Assembly (NCBI GenBank): GCA_002104945.1
Contig: MCFH01000026.1
Span: forward strand, 310,001-374,000
Direction of reading: 5' to 3'
Length of the DNA: 64,000 nt
Source of the DNA: Piromyces finnis finn
Taxonomy: Eukaryota > Fungi > Neocallimastigomycota
Shown: piece after piece, positions 13,903 through 26,513 of the stretch
Layout: every line of letters begins with the position of its first letter
Numbering within the stretch: the stretch's first letter is position 1
The notes under the pieces: generated by a model
Told to the model about the DNA's origin: nothing
Seen by the model: the letters and a program-made list of their open reading frames with translations, nothing else
The model's database searches: none
Program-made: the position numbers and the translations under genes

Positions 13903-14574
13903 ATGAAAATCTTATCTTACGTTTTTACCGCTCTTAGTTTTGCTTGTGCCACTATGGCATCTCAATGTAATCGTGATATTGAATGTTTAACAAAGAATGC
14001 TCAAATTACTTTTATTGGTCAAGTAGAAACTAGAGAAGATACCAACACTAAATATTTTGCTGCTACTGTTAGACCATTATGTAATATGTACAGTAACTCT
14101 GGTTCTATTACCAATGATGAATTTAATCGTGCCATTAGAATTGGTGGATTTGGTAATCATGCTGGTGGTTCTTGCCAAGCTGAAGTTGGTAATGTAGGTG
14201 AAGTTGGTATTTTCTTTGTTCATGTTAATAACACTGTTGCCAATGGTGGTATTCGTACTTTTGGTTTATACGATCCATGTTATGGTGCTTTTGCTAACAC
14301 TACTGATAACTACATTCAATTAACTAAATTAGTTTACAGTGAAAACTACACTCCAGTTGGTCCATTATGTCCAATGGTTAGTCAAGACCAAGAACACATT
14401 TACATTGATGGAAATTCCTACGATAAGAAAGTTGATTTAAACCAAAACACTAACTCTAACGGTGGTTCAATTGACTTAGAATCTACTGATTCAAGTGATG
14501 CTACCAAGACTATTGTTATGACTTCTTCTGCTTTACTTGTTTTATTTGCTTTCTTTTCTCAATTATTCCTTTAA
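13903..14574 (+). CDS. secreted, probably GPI-anchored protein with agrin NtA/TIMP-like OB-fold domain
   Basis: Intronless 223 aa with an N-terminal signal peptide, six Cys in the mature part, an S/T/D-rich linker and a hydrophobic C-terminal tail. Codon bias is like the highly expressed genes here. NtA similarity recognised by eye (see findings). Confidence 0.85.
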   Translation: MKILSYVFTALSFACATMASQCNRDIECLTKNAQITFIGQVETREDTNTKYFAATVRPLCNMYSNSGSITNDEFNRAIRIGGFGNHAGGSCQAEVGNVGEVGIFFVHVNNTVANGGIRTFGLYDPCYGAFANTTDNYIQLTKLVYSENYTPVGPLCPMVSQDQEHIYIDGNSYDKKVDLNQNTNSNGGSIDLESTDSSDATKTIVMTSSALLVLFAFFSQLFL

Positions 14575-15149
14575 ATCAATAGATTTTTTTATTTTTTATA
14601 GATAATGATTAGATCATGATAAACAAACAAACACACTTTACCCTGTAATAGAATGGAAAATTCATTAAAAAAACACTAATTAATGAATAGTATTTATTTA
14701 TTTTTTTTTAAAAAAAAGTAAAAGAAAATAAATTATATATATTTAGAATTTATAAATAGTTTTAGAAATTTAATAATGTTAATACACCACTACTACTAAA
14801 AATTATATATATATAGTTTGAAAAAAAAAATAAAAAGTTATAAAAAAATATAAAAAAACATTAGGACTATTTTGTGGGTGTGGCTTTTTAAAAGTAAAAC
14901 AATATTTTTATAAACATTTTTTATTTATAATTTTTTTTTTTAATTTGATACAATTAGCTTTAATGAAATAAAAAAGAGGATGAAATAATTTTTACTATGA
15001 TATTACTACTACATTATATATATTATAATATATATAATTATTATAGATATAGTTTAAAAGATTTATTGATAAAAAATTAATATAACTCTGAGAAAAAAAA
15101 AAAACTCCCAAGAATAAACTGTATTCCTTTTCATTCCATAATGTTGCTT

Positions 15150-15330
15150 TTTTTTTATTTCTGGTATGTTTGATATTTATAATTGAAAAGAATTTTGACT
15201 TTTTTTTATTTTTTTATTTCTGGTATGTTTTATAGTTATAATTGAAAAGAATTTTGACTTTTTTTTATTTTTTTTTATTTCTGATATGTTTTATAGTTAT
15301 AATTGAAAAGAATTTTGACTTTTTTTATTT
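15150..15330. repeat. ~60-bp tandem repeat, 3 copies
   Basis: Unit TTTTTTTATTTCTGGTATGTTTTATAGTTATAATTGAAAAGAATTTTGAC; CTG(G/A)TATG recurs at 15161, 15220 and 15281. Confidence 0.9.
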
Positions 15331-15458
15331 TTTAATTTTTGACTTACACCTTTTCACGTAATTTTTTTTTAATGATTTTACGGGTAGAAGAAAAGGTATT
15401 TGATTAATTAATTCATTAAAATAATGTTGAGGTAAAAAAAAAAAAAAAAAACTTTTTT

Positions 15459-16777
15459 TTATTCAACAAATAAGAGAAGATGAAATCTTCTTGTTTTTAT
15501 AAAGTTGGCAAGATCTATATCATTCAATAATGGTATTTCATATCCTTCTTCATCCTTAAAGTAAACATCAACAATGTCTAAATCAAGGAAATCTTCAATT
15601 TTGGTCCATAATCGATCAAAAGAAATCTTATCTGAAATTTCTAAACGGTATGGACGATGATCAAATATAATTTTTAGAGGTAAGAAGGTTTCCTCGTAAT
15701 CTGAAAGTAAATCTAAGAAATCTTCTCCATCATTGTAACGTTCAGGAGAATAATTACGATCCAAGGATAATTCTGTTTCGGTATCGTTAGAACGAAGTAA
15801 AAAGAAACGCCTTACTGGGAATGAATTTTGAATTCTGTATGGCATTTTAGATATTCCTTTGACATAATTATCTAATTCTATTTTATATTTTTCCATATGA
15901 TTTTTATTGTTGTAATTGGTCATTACTTTGTTAGGTGCTGGTGGAACAAATGGTATAATTCTTTCGTAGCGTTCAACACGACCAGCTTCTTTTGGGAATA
16001 ATTTTAATAAAATAGATTGCATAGCAAAGAAATCATCGTATAAACGTTTAATTATTAATTTTTTATTTTTAGATGGTTTAGCTACTTCTATTGTAATAAG
16101 AAAACGGTTATTTTCTACTGGTCCACAGCTTATAATTTTGGTTGTAAAGACATCTTCTTTTGGTACATCACTAGAATCAATGGTATATTTGTTTCCATAA
16201 CTATCATATTCATCTCTGTGCTTGTTATTATATTCAGCTCTGTATTTTCCTCTATTTAAACTATTGTAGGTATAGTCGGCATATTGAGTTTTACGTTTTA
16301 CTGATTTATCAAGAGCATCACAAAAAATCTTTGGAACAAGACCTATTTTTTTTTTAAATATATTGATAAAAATTGATTATATATATATATATATTATTTA
16401 GTATGCCTATTATTATATATAGAGCGTATTTTTTTTTATTGCTATATTATTTATTATTATTTTTTTTTTCCCCTTCCTTTCTTTATTCAATTTATTCTAT
16501 TTTATTAGTATTTGCTATTTTTTTTCCTTTTCTTTTTTTTTTTTTTTAGATAAAGAAAACTATTTCGATACTATTAAACATAATGAAACCTACCTGTAAT
16601 TTTTTCAGCTGGATTTATAATTGAATAATATAAATCGTCTTCATCAATAACATAAAAGAAATCACCTTTTTTAAAAGAAATTTCTTGGGAATATTGTGCT
16701 TTGTAATCTTGGTTAGTTTTTATAACTTTTTTTGGGGGTATTTTAAAAAGTCTTTCGTCAATTTGATTTGAAATCAT
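15459..16777 (-). CDS. Bem1/Scd2-like polarity scaffold (SH3-PX-PB1), 2 exons, 355 aa
   Basis: Exons 16777-16594 and 16342-15459 join in frame (ITG|LVP). SH3 (DYKAQ..EISFKKGDFF), PX (KRLYDDFFAMQ..FPKEAG..IIPFVP), PB1 with acidic OPCA-like motif (FKDEEGYEIPLLNDIDL). Confidence 0.85.
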
Positions 16778-17639
16778 TTTTTTTTTTTTTTACTTTTTAT
16801 TATTATTTATTTTTATACTTTGTATATTTAATATTTATTTTATTTATATTATTATTGTTGTTTAATGCTAATAATAATAATATAAAAAAAACAAAAGATT
16901 TATTTTATTTTATTAATTGTTGAATATTTTCTTTTTATATATTATATATAATACAAGTGAGAAGCTTTTTTTTTTTTTTATTGTTTATGAAATTTAAATA
17001 TTATAAAATTTCTTAGTGTGAGTAAATATATATATATACAATTATTTTTTTTTTGTTTTCTTTCCCTTAGTTTTAATAATATCAAGTTTCTTTTTTGGTA
17101 TAGTTATTTACTATAAAAATAATTCTTGTGGTGGTAGTGTTTATTAGCTCAATAATAAACAAAGAAAACAATTTTCTTATTATTTCTCTCTTTTTTTACT
17201 ATTAAAAAATTAAAAAAAAAAAAAAAAAAGGATGGTAATTTCCCTTGTTTATATTTTTTTTAATTATTATAAAATAAAAAAAAAAAGAAGCAGAATTTTT
17301 AATTTATTAAATTAATCTTTTTTTTTTTTAAAATTATTATGAATTATATTAAATAATAAAAAGTTTATTTTATAATAAAATTTATTTAATATTTAATAAT
17401 AAAAAAAAAAAACAATTTTTATTATTATTTTTTATTAAAATTGTTTATATTAAGCTATAAAATTTTTATTTAATTTTAATGATAGTATTGTGAAGTAGAA
17501 TATTAATATTGATTAATTATTAAATAGTATTTAATAGGATTTAATACGATGTAAAAATTAATAAATATCAATGATATTCTTATTTTTTATTTCTATAATT
17601 TTTTACTTTAAATAATTAAATTCATCTCAATTGTTTTTT

Positions 17640-17683
17640 AAATAAATGTGGGTTTAAAGGAAGATTTAAACCCACATTTATTT
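17640..17683. other. perfect 19-bp inverted repeat with 6-nt loop
   Basis: AAATAAATGTGGGTTTAAA-GGAAGA-TTTAAACCCACATTTATTT. Confidence 0.9.
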
Positions 17684-19109
17684 TTAAAGGAAAGGTCGTT
17701 TTTTCACCATCAAAAGTTGACGCTAAAAAAACCAAGAAATTTTTTTCTAAAAGTATATATAATATTTATATATACATAATATATGAGTGTAATATATTAT
17801 AAATACAATAGAAATAAAATAAATCAAAAAATGATTCTAATTATCTTCATATATTAATTTAAAAATTTAATAATTTCTTTAGGTAACATTAATTAAAATT
17901 TTATTGGTTTAATCTTTTTTTAGTGATACATTCTATTACAATTCTAATAATTAATATAGTTTATTATATAATAAAGTATATTCGTATATATTGTGTTTTT
18001 ATTTTTATTAAATTTTATATTAAATTGTTTGATATAAAACATAATATATTGATAGGATTATTTTGAATTGATTAACAATGCATTTTAATATATTTTAAAT
18101 TAAATTAAATTAAAAATCATCATAAAAATTAATAATTAATTGTCACATTATTGAATTAGAGTCTACCATCCTTAAAATGAAACGCAAGGCAAGAATAACC
18201 AGAGAATAATTAAAATAGCTGGGCAAGTTAAGAACAAGCTTAACTGTGCAACTTTAACAATGGTAGTTGTCGTGCTGCTTGTAGTGGTGATGGTCAATAG
18301 ATTTTAAGAGTATTTCCCTTTAAATCATAATTATTATGTTAGGATACTAGGATATTATTCATGCCTAGTCATCTCTATAGAAAAAGTGTTTTATTTTCTT
18401 AAAAGATTATTATTATTATTATTAATTGTGAAATAACATGTTAATCCTCAGTTACTTATTTAAAAACAAATTATACAATAGTATCTAATGATTTATTTAT
18501 TTTTATATTATTCATTCATTTATACAATAGTATGGTAATCTAATGATTTATTTATTTTTATATTATTCATTCATTTATTTTAGTGACATCCTAAAAATTT
18601 TGTGTTTAAGATTTAAAGGACAACTTCATATAAATTTACCAATAAAATTTTTATTTAAAACAGAAACTGTCATTTTAATAATAATTAAAATTTTTGTATT
18701 TAAAACATTTATGAATTAAAGGTGAAGAAAAAAAAAATTAAGAAAAAGCTTTTTTTTTTTTTTTTTTTGAAAGAAAAAAGATGAATCATTTCTGTAGGTA
18801 GGTAGGTAGGTAGATAGGTTGAAAAGTCTTCATATTCTTTTTTATAATTGGAAATGCACTATTAATGGACATAAATGGAAAACTATGAATTTGATTATGT
18901 ATACTTTAAGATATTTCATGACATTTCATGCATTCTTTTGTATTTACAAATTATTTATTGCATTTGTTTTTTTTTTTTTTTTAAAAAATAGATTTTATGA
19001 ATGTTCTATTATATAAAATGTCATATGACTATTTCTATCATTTATGGTTATTTAATGTTCTTCATCTTTTATATTCCTATAAAAAAAACAATATTAATAC
19101 TTTAAATAA

Positions 19110-19128
19110 AATTATTATTATTATATAC

Positions 19129-19178
<50 letters not shown>

Positions 19179-19180
19179 TA

Positions 19181-19251
<71 letters not shown>

Positions 19252-19267
19252 GTTTATTATTATTATG

Positions 19268-19322
<55 letters not shown>

Positions 19323-19324
19323 TA

Positions 19325-19359
<35 letters not shown>

Positions 19360-19363
19360 TCTA

Positions 19364-19395
<32 letters not shown>

Positions 19396-19399
19396 TCTA

Positions 19400-19433
<34 letters not shown>

Positions 19434-19461
19434 TAATTATTATTATTATTATTATTATTAT
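19110..19461. repeat. (TAT)n trinucleotide microsatellite
   Basis: Directly visible; source of the poly-Y and poly-I ORFs. Confidence 0.95.
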
Positions 19462-20088
19462 TTAATTTCATAATAAATATTATTTAAAATAAAAAAAAAA
19501 TTACTTAATAAACTTTGGATCGTTTAAATAAATAAGAAATAAATTGTAATAATTGTCAACAGCAAATCCATTTATAGTATGATGCTACTTTTTTTTTTTT
19601 TTTTTCATTGGAATATCAAAAACTTTTATTTTAAAAAACTGATCAATATTACTTTCATCTTTTTTTTTCCTTTTAAAAAAAAAAAGCTTTTTCTTATCAT
19701 TGCTTGAATATTTATTTTAAATATTCATTTATTTATTTATTGCTTTCAATAGTAACTAATCTTTTTTTTTTTTGAATTTAAAATTTTATCCAATAAATAG
19801 GACAACAAAATGTCAATTTAGCTCCTTTTTTTAATTTATGTGTGTTAATACCATCCTTTTATACTTGAATAATAATAAAATTGCTATTTTTCCTTTTTCT
19901 AAAAAGGAATTTTAATTTAATTATAAAATTGACTTTTTTTGGAAAATATCAACATCATTCCATAAAAAAAAAAAAAAGGGAGATTGTTATTACAAATTAT
20001 AATCGGTGAAAATGGAAAATTTTCATATTATGATCAAAGTTTTTTTTTTTGTTAAGTTATTAATTAATAAAAAAAAGGAAAAACTAAA

Positions 20089-20111
20089 TAATCATATTCA
20101 TAATCATAATC

Positions 20112-20158
<47 letters not shown>

Positions 20159-20180
20159 CATAATAATAATAATCATAATC

Positions 20181-20221
<41 letters not shown>

Positions 20222-20264
20222 CATAATAATAATAATAATAAACATAATAATAATAATAATAAAC

Positions 20265-20351
<87 letters not shown>

Positions 20352-20352
20352 C

Positions 20353-20385
<33 letters not shown>
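20089..20385. repeat. (AAT)n trinucleotide microsatellite
   Basis: Directly visible; source of the poly-N/I/L/Y ORFs. Confidence 0.95.
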
Positions 20386-20388
<3 letters not shown>

Positions 20389-21669
20389 GAAACATATATT
20401 ATATAATTAGTGTTTTTTAAGGATATATAATTATTAGATATTTCATTTTACTTAATACGATTGTTGAAAAATTCTTATTAATATGACTTTGTTATATTAT
20501 AAAAAAAAGTTTAAAGCAACAAGTTTCGTAAAAAAAATATGAGATAAATAATTAAACTCCTTTTTTTTATTATTATGTATATTATGTATGATACATGAAT
20601 AATTAACATCATCATCATCATCATCATAATATATAGATATATAGATAATATTTACATTGATCTTTGAAAGTATAAATTAATTTTTTTTTAAAAGACACAT
20701 TAAATATGGAAAAGAAATAGTAGTTGTGAAATATCGTACAACGACATGCATCTAATGTACATGGATTAAGTGAGCGTCGAAGCTGAAGAAACAGTATGAC
20801 AGACCAGGAGGGTCACAACCACCTAGCAATAGGAATGAGCCAACGTTTCTCTAAGAACCACCATTGGAGCTAACTCTGATCGATGGGAGAAATGCACTCG
20901 GAAGTTAAAAAAAAAAAAAAAATATAAAAAATATTATATTAAACAAGATTTTTTGAATATATTATATTAAGAATTGAAATAGGTATATTTCTAATGAATG
21001 AATAATAAAAATAATAAATACTTTTAATTATTACAACTTGATAAACAAAGTCTTGGAAGGAAAAAGCTTTTTCATGGTTAAAAAAAGAAAACACTTAAGA
21101 GACAAGTTAATTAAATAAAACTTTAATACTATTTTTATTTCAAAGAATTTATTAATTAAATTAAATCAATAAATACGTGTGATAACCCATAAATCAACAT
21201 AAATTAATGTAATTATCCAATTAATTTATGCTTATATATTTTGAAAAAAAAAAACTGCTTAATAAATTAAAATTTTAAAATTGTAATATTTTTAATAAAA
21301 TATAAAAAGTAATAATATTGTTAGTTAAAAAAGAAAAAGAAAAAAAAAAAAGAAATATAGTGTGAAGATAAATAAGAAAAAAAAAAATTCAATAGTAGTG
21401 ATAACTAGAACAATAAGAAAAAATATCATTGAAAAAAAAAGTAAAACTTTTAAAATATATTTTTAGATAATTTTTAATTTATTTTTTTTAATGTAAAAAA
21501 AATCTAATATCCATTTATTATTATCATTCTAATTTTGACTAGTTTAATAATAAAATAAAAACAAGAAATTTATAAATATATATAAACTAAAAATTAAAAA
21601 AAAAAGTAGTAATGCGTTAATAAAAGAAAATTTTATTCATGAAATAAACAGAGATAAACAGTAAAGCAA

Positions 21670-23753
21670 ATGATTGATTCCAATTTAAGATCCATTTTTG
21701 GATTAATTTTAATTTTTATAATTGTTATTATATGGGTATCCTCTTCTTTTTTAGTTCAAGTAAATAAATTTTTATTTTTATTTTTATTTATTTTTTGAAA
21801 AGTGAAAAAAAAGAATAATTTATTTATTTATATATATATATATATAACTATTTTTTTTTATTTAATATATATTGAATAATAACTTTCTTTTTTTTTTATA
21901 TAATTAATTTTATTTTTTATTATTACTTTTTTTTTTTTAGTAGTTCTTTTATTAATTGAACTTTTATTTTTATTTCTATTATAAAAAGTTAGTTGAAAAA
22001 GATAAAAATATAAATAAACCGTTTTTTATAACTTTTTTTAACAATTCAACATTTACACTATATTTGGTAATTTATTATTTCAAAAATAGATATGGAAAAA
22101 ATAAAAAAGACTATAGGTAATTCTAAATATATCCATATTATATGAAATAACTTTTTTTTTTTTTAAAAAAGAATTAATTTGGCATGTCTTTCTAATCCTT
22201 ATTATTATTATTATTATTATTTATATATAATTCTGATTAAAAAAAATTTTTTTTTAATGTTGTTTTGGGAATAAAAAAATACATTTCTATTTATCTATTT
22301 TGGTTATTTCTCTATCAATCTTTTTCTTCTTCTTTCCTTTCCTTTCTTTCTTTTTATTTTTTATTAAAAAAAAAAAAAAAAAAAAAAGAAAACTAGAAAA
22401 TAATGATTCCTTGACAAATTATAGTTTACAACCTGTAGAAAATATATATTTAAATCCTGACCAAAATACAAGTGATTCACATATTGAAGTTCAAGCATCA
22501 CCTACCTCCCCTACTTTTGAAAATGCTCTTCCTATAAATACAATGAATTCATCAGTAGAAAAGTATTCGGTGTATCAAACATTTAAACTTAGTTGTATAT
22601 TTAGTGTTATATGGTTTTTATCAAACTATTTTCAAAATGCTTCTCTAAGTTTAACCAATGTTTCAAGTTCAACTATTTTGGTATATACTTATTATGTTTA
22701 TATAAACCTGCCTTTTTTTTTTTTTTTTTTTTTTTTACTAATTTTCCTTTCCTTTCTTTTTCTTTTTATTTTTTAACATACATGGATATATCTACTTATT
22801 ATTAGAGTTCAACATCAGGTAACTTTATTTGCTTTTTAGTATATGGATATATTAAAGTTAAAAAAATCAAATTCTTTTTATTAATTTTTAAATAATAATA
22901 TTTAGGTCTCTTTACTTTGATTTTTGGAGTGATGGCTAGAACTGAAAAATTCAATTATATAAAATTTGCTGGGGTACTAGTTAGTTTATTTGGTGTTATT
23001 TTTGTTAGTAAAGCTGATCATGGGGTATCAGATGATATAGGCAATTCACCTATATTAGGTAATTTCTTTTTAAACCTTTTTTTTTTTTTGCCATCTTTAT
23101 ATTCCTAGTTACATATATTTAATTAAATGTTATAATAATTAACCTTTTTTTTTTTTAGGTGATATACTTAGTCTTTGTGGAAGTATTTTATATGGCTTTT
23201 ATACTGTTCTATTAAAAAAGAAAATACCAGATGAAGATAAAGTTGATCCTATGTTATTCTTTGGATTTGTAGGGCTTATCAATACCATTTGTTTACTTCC
23301 TCTTTTCCCACTATTTCATATTTTAGGTATAGAAAGTTTTAGTTTTGCTGAATTTGATAAAGATATTTGGAAAATATTATTTATCAATGCTTTCATTGGA
23401 TCTTTTATGTAATTTTTTTTTATTTCATACCTATTGTATTATATTATATCATATATAGATTTATTTAATATTTATTTTATTTTGTTTTCTGGATAATAAC
23501 TCTCTCGCTATTTTATTTATATTTAATAATAAAAAGATCAGATTGTTTGTGGCTTTATGCAGTAATTTTAACAAGTGCTGTTCTTGTCACTGTTGGTTTA
23601 AGTTTAACAATACCATTTGCTCTTATAGGCGATATATTCTTTAAAGGTACTGAAGCCAATATTCATCATTTTATAGGAGCAACTCTTGTTATTATTGGAT
23701 TTTTATTTGTAAATTTAGAAAAACAAATTTTAAAATTATTTAAGAAATCCTAG
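21670..23753 (+). CDS. DMT/EamA-fold transporter, SLC35F5/YML018C-like, 7 exons
   Basis: Exons 21670-21759, 21989-22116, 22389-22680, 22806-22818 (13-nt microexon), 22906-23058, 23159-23408, 23537-23753. Motifs IWVSSSFL, KPFFITF.NNS.F.LYL, SLSLTNVSSSTILSSTSGLFTL, GDILSLCGS..YG.YTVLLKK, SDCLW..A..LTS....TVGLSLTIP. Confidence 0.9.
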
Positions 23754-24247
23754 ATTTAACTTCAATATGGAATAATAATAATAATAATAAAAAAAGATGA
23801 ATAAAAAGAATTTATTAGCTATTCATTTTTTTTTATTCGTTAAACTATATTTATAGAGAGAATGAAATATTTAATAAACAACGATTACTATATTATACCA
23901 TATTTAAATAAGTATTTACTTATTATTTATTATCCTCGTTGTTATTATTATTGACTAATGCCTAATACTAATATACTAATAGTAATACTAATAATAAAGT
24001 AAAATAAAATAATATTAATATAAAAATAGTTTTTTTTTTTTATTTTATAAATATTAATGATTTTTTTCTTTCTTTTTTTTTTTTTTTTAAAAAACTGCTA
24101 ATGAATCAAAAACTAGTAAATTAAAAAGATATTTAATGGATGATTTTTGGATATTTTATTTTTAGTGTAACTTTATAATTTAAAAAAAAAATTTAAATTT
24201 TTTTTTAAATTTTATTATTTATTATTATTATTTTTTAAAAAAAGGTG

Positions 24248-24274
<27 letters not shown>

Positions 24275-24278
<4 letters not shown>

Positions 24279-26513
24279 ATGAATTATTACTTCAAGAAGA
24301 GTTTGAAGATGGTGAAATTGAATATGAAGACCAAGATATACAAGGAATTGAAACCGAAGAAAAGGAAACCAATTCCGAAATAATAAATGAAGAAAATGAA
24401 ACTGAAGAAAAGGAACAACAACCCAATAGTCTTGAACCTTCTTTACCAATGAACGATGAAGAAGATGGTAGTGTTCTAGACGAAACTAGTAAAAATGATT
24501 CCAAAGAAAAAAATACAGAGAATATAAATGAAATTGTAGGGGAAGAAAAAGAAAATGAGGAAGATGATTTTGAAGATACCAATGAAGAAATTTTAGTTTA
24601 TAGTAAAAACGATGATGATAATGTAATAATAATAAAACATAATACTTTTAATATATATATATATATATTATTCATTTTTTCAAAATTACTTTTTTCTTTC
24701 ATTATTAATATTATTATTATATATAATTTTTTTATTGTAATATATATATATATATATACATTTTTATTTTATAAAGAATTTAACACATGAAGAAATTTGG
24801 GATGATAGTATGCTTATTAAAGCCTGGGACAATGCTGTCGAAAATTATGAGGTTATTATTTTAACTTTACTTTTTATTATCCATACTACTATTATTATAT
24901 ATAAATGGATAAAAAAAAAAAAAAAAAGTTGAATTATTTTTAAATTTTATATTATATAATATAAATTTTAATTTAGAAATTTCATAGTATTAAAGCAACA
25001 GAAAAAGCAGCTTCAGAGGATAATACTTTTACAGATTATAAGTAAATAAATATATATATATATATAAATATGAAACTATACTATTATCATAAACTATTTA
25101 TTTAATGAAATATATCTATTTTATTTTTATATTATGTTCCTCTAGTTTACCTAAAAAGAGAAATGCTATGGGTAAATATTTATTTGTAGATAGTTTAAAA
25201 TTTAAATTTTCATTTCAACCAACTTTTTTAATTGAATTATAATTATATATATATAGCATTAAATGCCAATGATACTTTTAATAGTGGAAGCACTAGTCAG
25301 GTAAATATATATACTTACAAATATATTGAGTAAAAAAAAAAAAAAAGTATAAATTAAAAATTAAACATTAAATAATTCAATTCCTACCTTTTTTTTTTAA
25401 AAAAAGTCAAAATCAAAAAAGAGATCAAAACGTTCTAGAAAAAATAAAAAAAATCAAAAAAAGAATAATTCAGATGCAACCATTTTACCACATTATGATC
25501 AACCTGCATATGATGTTAATATGTATTCCATTAATTATGATGATAATGATACCGCTACCACCGCCGAACCTTCAAAGAAAGCTAATGAAAATCCTATTTC
25601 AGAACCAGTACAAACAAAAATCGATGTTGAAAAAGAAATTAATAAAAATGTCACTCATACCAATTCTAGTACCAAATCACCTTCCACTACTAATCTTACT
25701 ACTACTGCAACGACAATAACTCATAGTGATACTGATACCCCTCTTCAAAAAGAAGATAATCCTACCATTACCAATAATGAAAATCAAACTAAAGACAAGG
25801 AAACAACAACTTCAAAAACTCAGGAAAATTCTGGTCCAGCCCCAACAGATGATTACCAAAATTATTATTATTCAAATAATCAAGTAATTTTCAAATCCGT
25901 TTTTTCTTTTTATTATTTTAAAAACTTAATATTATATATATATAAAACATTATAACTAATTTGACATATTATCTTTTTTTTTTTTTTAATAGAACTATTA
26001 TGGCAATTCAAATAATAACTATAATACATCAGGTAATATAACCATATTAATTTTTTTTTCTTTTTACTTTTTAAAATCAATTGATATTAATATATATGTA
26101 GGTAAAAAAGGAGCGTGAATTTTTAACCTTTTTTTTTTTTTTTTTTTTTAAATTATATGTTAATATAGGTTCTTCAAAAACTGGTAAGTTTGTCTCTCTC
26201 TCTCTCTCTCTTTTTATATATATATATAATGTATTCACCATTAATTAATTTATTTAAAATTATCCCCCCCCTACCTTTTTGAATTCAAACAATATTAGAT
26301 GATGCATTAATGAATATGATGATGGCATGGTATTGGGCAGGTTATTATACCTGCAATTATTATGATACTTTGGTAAATTATCATTAGTACTATTTTTAAA
26401 CAAACAAAAAAAAAAGACTTTACTAATCCTTTTTATTTTTTATTTTATTTTATTATTTTATCTATTTCAAAATTAAAAAAAAAAAAAAAAAGAATAATAA
26501 TAACTCAAAATAA
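24275..26513 (+). CDS. SMN: survival motor neuron (SMN/Gemin1)-like protein, no Tudor domain seen, many short exons
   Basis: Gemin2-binding motif EEIWDDSMLIKAWDNAV (exon 24777-24851) and C-terminal YG-box-like ALMNMMMAWYWAGYYTCNYY (exon 26299-26372). Last exon 26493-26513. Internal exon boundaries are less certain. Confidence 0.85.

Noticed and set aside
18166-18175. ACCATCCTT resembling the U4atac 5' end
   Set aside because: The match stops after 9 nt; there is no following GGGG element and no Sm site.
20720-20905. snR30/U17, SRP RNA, RNase MRP or tRNA-derived SINE identity for the GC island
   Set aside because: Only single partial motifs are present (CATTCCTA without AAACCAT; GGCTCA without a P4 partner; imperfect A/B boxes).
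21736-21741. GTATCC as a U12-type 5' splice site
   Set aside because: It lies inside the coding sequence IWVSSSF; the intron starts later with GTAAAT. No intron reconstructed in this window has an RTATCCTT donor.
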